Part shown: piece by piece, positions 62,515-64,000 of the stretch
Layout: every line of letters starts with the position of its first letter
Position numbering within the stretch: the first letter of the stretch is position 1
Assembly: GCA_043228905.1 (NCBI GenBank)
Contig: JBHGNT010000004.1
Span: forward strand, 24,056,001 to 24,120,000
Origin: Azolla caroliniana
Taxonomy: Eukaryota > Plantae > Polypodiophyta
Direction: 5' to 3'
DNA: 64,000 nt
Translations under genes and position numbers: made by a program
Notes under the pieces: generated by a model
Databases searched by the model: none
Seen by the model: only the letters and a program-made list of their open reading frames with translations
What the model was told of the DNA's origin: nothing

Positions 62515-64000
62515 TGTCGTGAAGATTTTCAGCAATGGTGTGAAAATCGCATAAAACATACGAAATCGAGTATGAATCATATAAAACAATAATAGTGAAA
62601 ATACTATTTTAAATAAGTTTAATATCTCAGTACAAAAAGATGGAGGTCTTCAAGAGCTTTCGAATGCACTTTACTACATAAGAAACGAACATCTAAGTCT
62701 CAAGTTATGTGGGTAGGAAGTTTGCAAAGGAAAAAAGAAAGATAAATTGTGAGATATCCCACATAGACAGGACAAATAAGGATCTCACCATATATAAGGC
62801 AGAGCAAAAGCTTTCGTTGTGTGTATGTGAGGAGCACAAATGTTCCGGAGACTTGGGTAGTTGTAGAAAGCCAACGTGAGACCCAAGAGATGGACGATGG
62901 TGATACCCACGTAGGACACTCCATCTAGAGACTTGGGCAGTTGTGTTGAGAACCAACGTGGGACCCAAGAGATAGATGGTAGGAAACGAATGTAAAATTG
63001 AAAGGTAAAAAATTAGAATGTAAAATTTGGGTGTCTATGTGAGGAGCACACATGTTTCGGAGACTTGGGCAGTTGCAGAAAGCCAACGTGAGACCCAGGA
63101 GATGGACGATGGCGATACCCATGTAGGACACTCCATCTTGAGACTTGGTTAGTTGCATTGAGAACTAACGTGGGACCCAAGAGATAGATGGTAAGTGAGA
63201 TGTATGAAAGGGGAGCGATGTATTAATCAAGAAATTAAAAGTAAGAAATTCATTATCAATTGGAGACTTGGTTAGTTGCGTTGAGAACTAACGTGGGACC
63301 CAAGAGATAGATGGTAAGTGTGATGTATGAAAGGGGAGCGATGTATTAATCAAGAAATTAAAAGTAAGAAATTCATTATCAATTGGAGACTTGGTTAGTT
63401 GCGTTGAGAACTAACGTGGGACCCAAGAGATAGATGGTAAGTGTGATGTATGAAAGGGGAGCGATGTATTAATCAAGAAATTAAAAGTAAGAAATTCATT
63501 ATCAATTGGAGACTTGGTTAGTTGCGTTGAGAACTAACGTGGGACCCAAGAGATAGATGGTAAGTGTGATGTATGAAAGGGGAGCGATGTATTAATCGAG
63601 AAATTAAAAGTAAGAAATTCATTATCAATTGGAGACTTGGTTAGTTGCGTTGAGAACTAACGTGGGACCCAAGAGATAGATGGTAAGTGTGATGTATGAA
63701 AGGGGAGCGATGTATTAATCGAGAAATTAAAAGTAAGAAATTCATTATCAATTGGAGACTTGGTTAGTTGCGTTGAGAACTAACGTGGGACCCAAAAGAT
63801 AGATGGTAAGTGTGATGTATGAAAGGGGAGCAATGTATTAATCAAGAAATTAAAAGTAAGAAATTTGTTATCCAATTGATGTATCAATTTTGTTCTTCAA
63901 ATGTTCAATCTTAATATCTCTCTCAATCTAAAGTCAAGCGTTCTATCTTATCTCAATCTCTCTCTTTCAATCTATCTTAATTCATTTCTCACTAAAGCTT
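62515..64000 (+). mobile_element. LTR related to the 16322 LTR (runs off the window end) with a different central region
   Basis: Starts TGTCGTGAAGATTTTC; first ~320 bp and last ~100 bp align to 16322-16630 and ~17420-17513. Confidence 0.85.
63140..63877 (+). repeat. Tandem array of 6 x 123 bp inside the LTR
   Basis: GAGACTTGGTTAGTTGC recurs at 63140, 63263, 63386, 63509, 63632 and 63755. Confidence 0.95.

Overview
This is plant nuclear DNA from a lineage with flagellated sperm, most likely a fern: it has an intact-looking ciliary CFAP251/WDR66 gene and a plastid ndhF insert that appears unedited. Host genes are a CYSTM-type gene (9300-9621, apparent frameshift), RPL39 (12668-13219, minus) and CFAP251/WDR66 (39335-57798, about 23 exons). 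Most of the rest is transposon-derived. There is a four-level nest: a Mutator-like element (14561-37154, 9-bp TSD) holds a full-length tRNA-Trp-primed Gypsy element (16322-33435), which holds an unclassified TIR element rich in ~40-bp palindromes (21416-30114), which holds a chimeric integrase-only LTR element (23500-28292). The most notable signal is an antisense tRNA-derived module with Pol III A and B boxes at an equivalent position in three different LTR types of this Gypsy lineage, while a sister LTR (62515 onward) carries a 123-bp tandem array instead. The lineage also shows CpG-centred 4-bp TSDs, a probable -1 frameshift after the protease, and covarying hairpins at the PPT and in U5. 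All calls come from reading the sequence; no searches were run.
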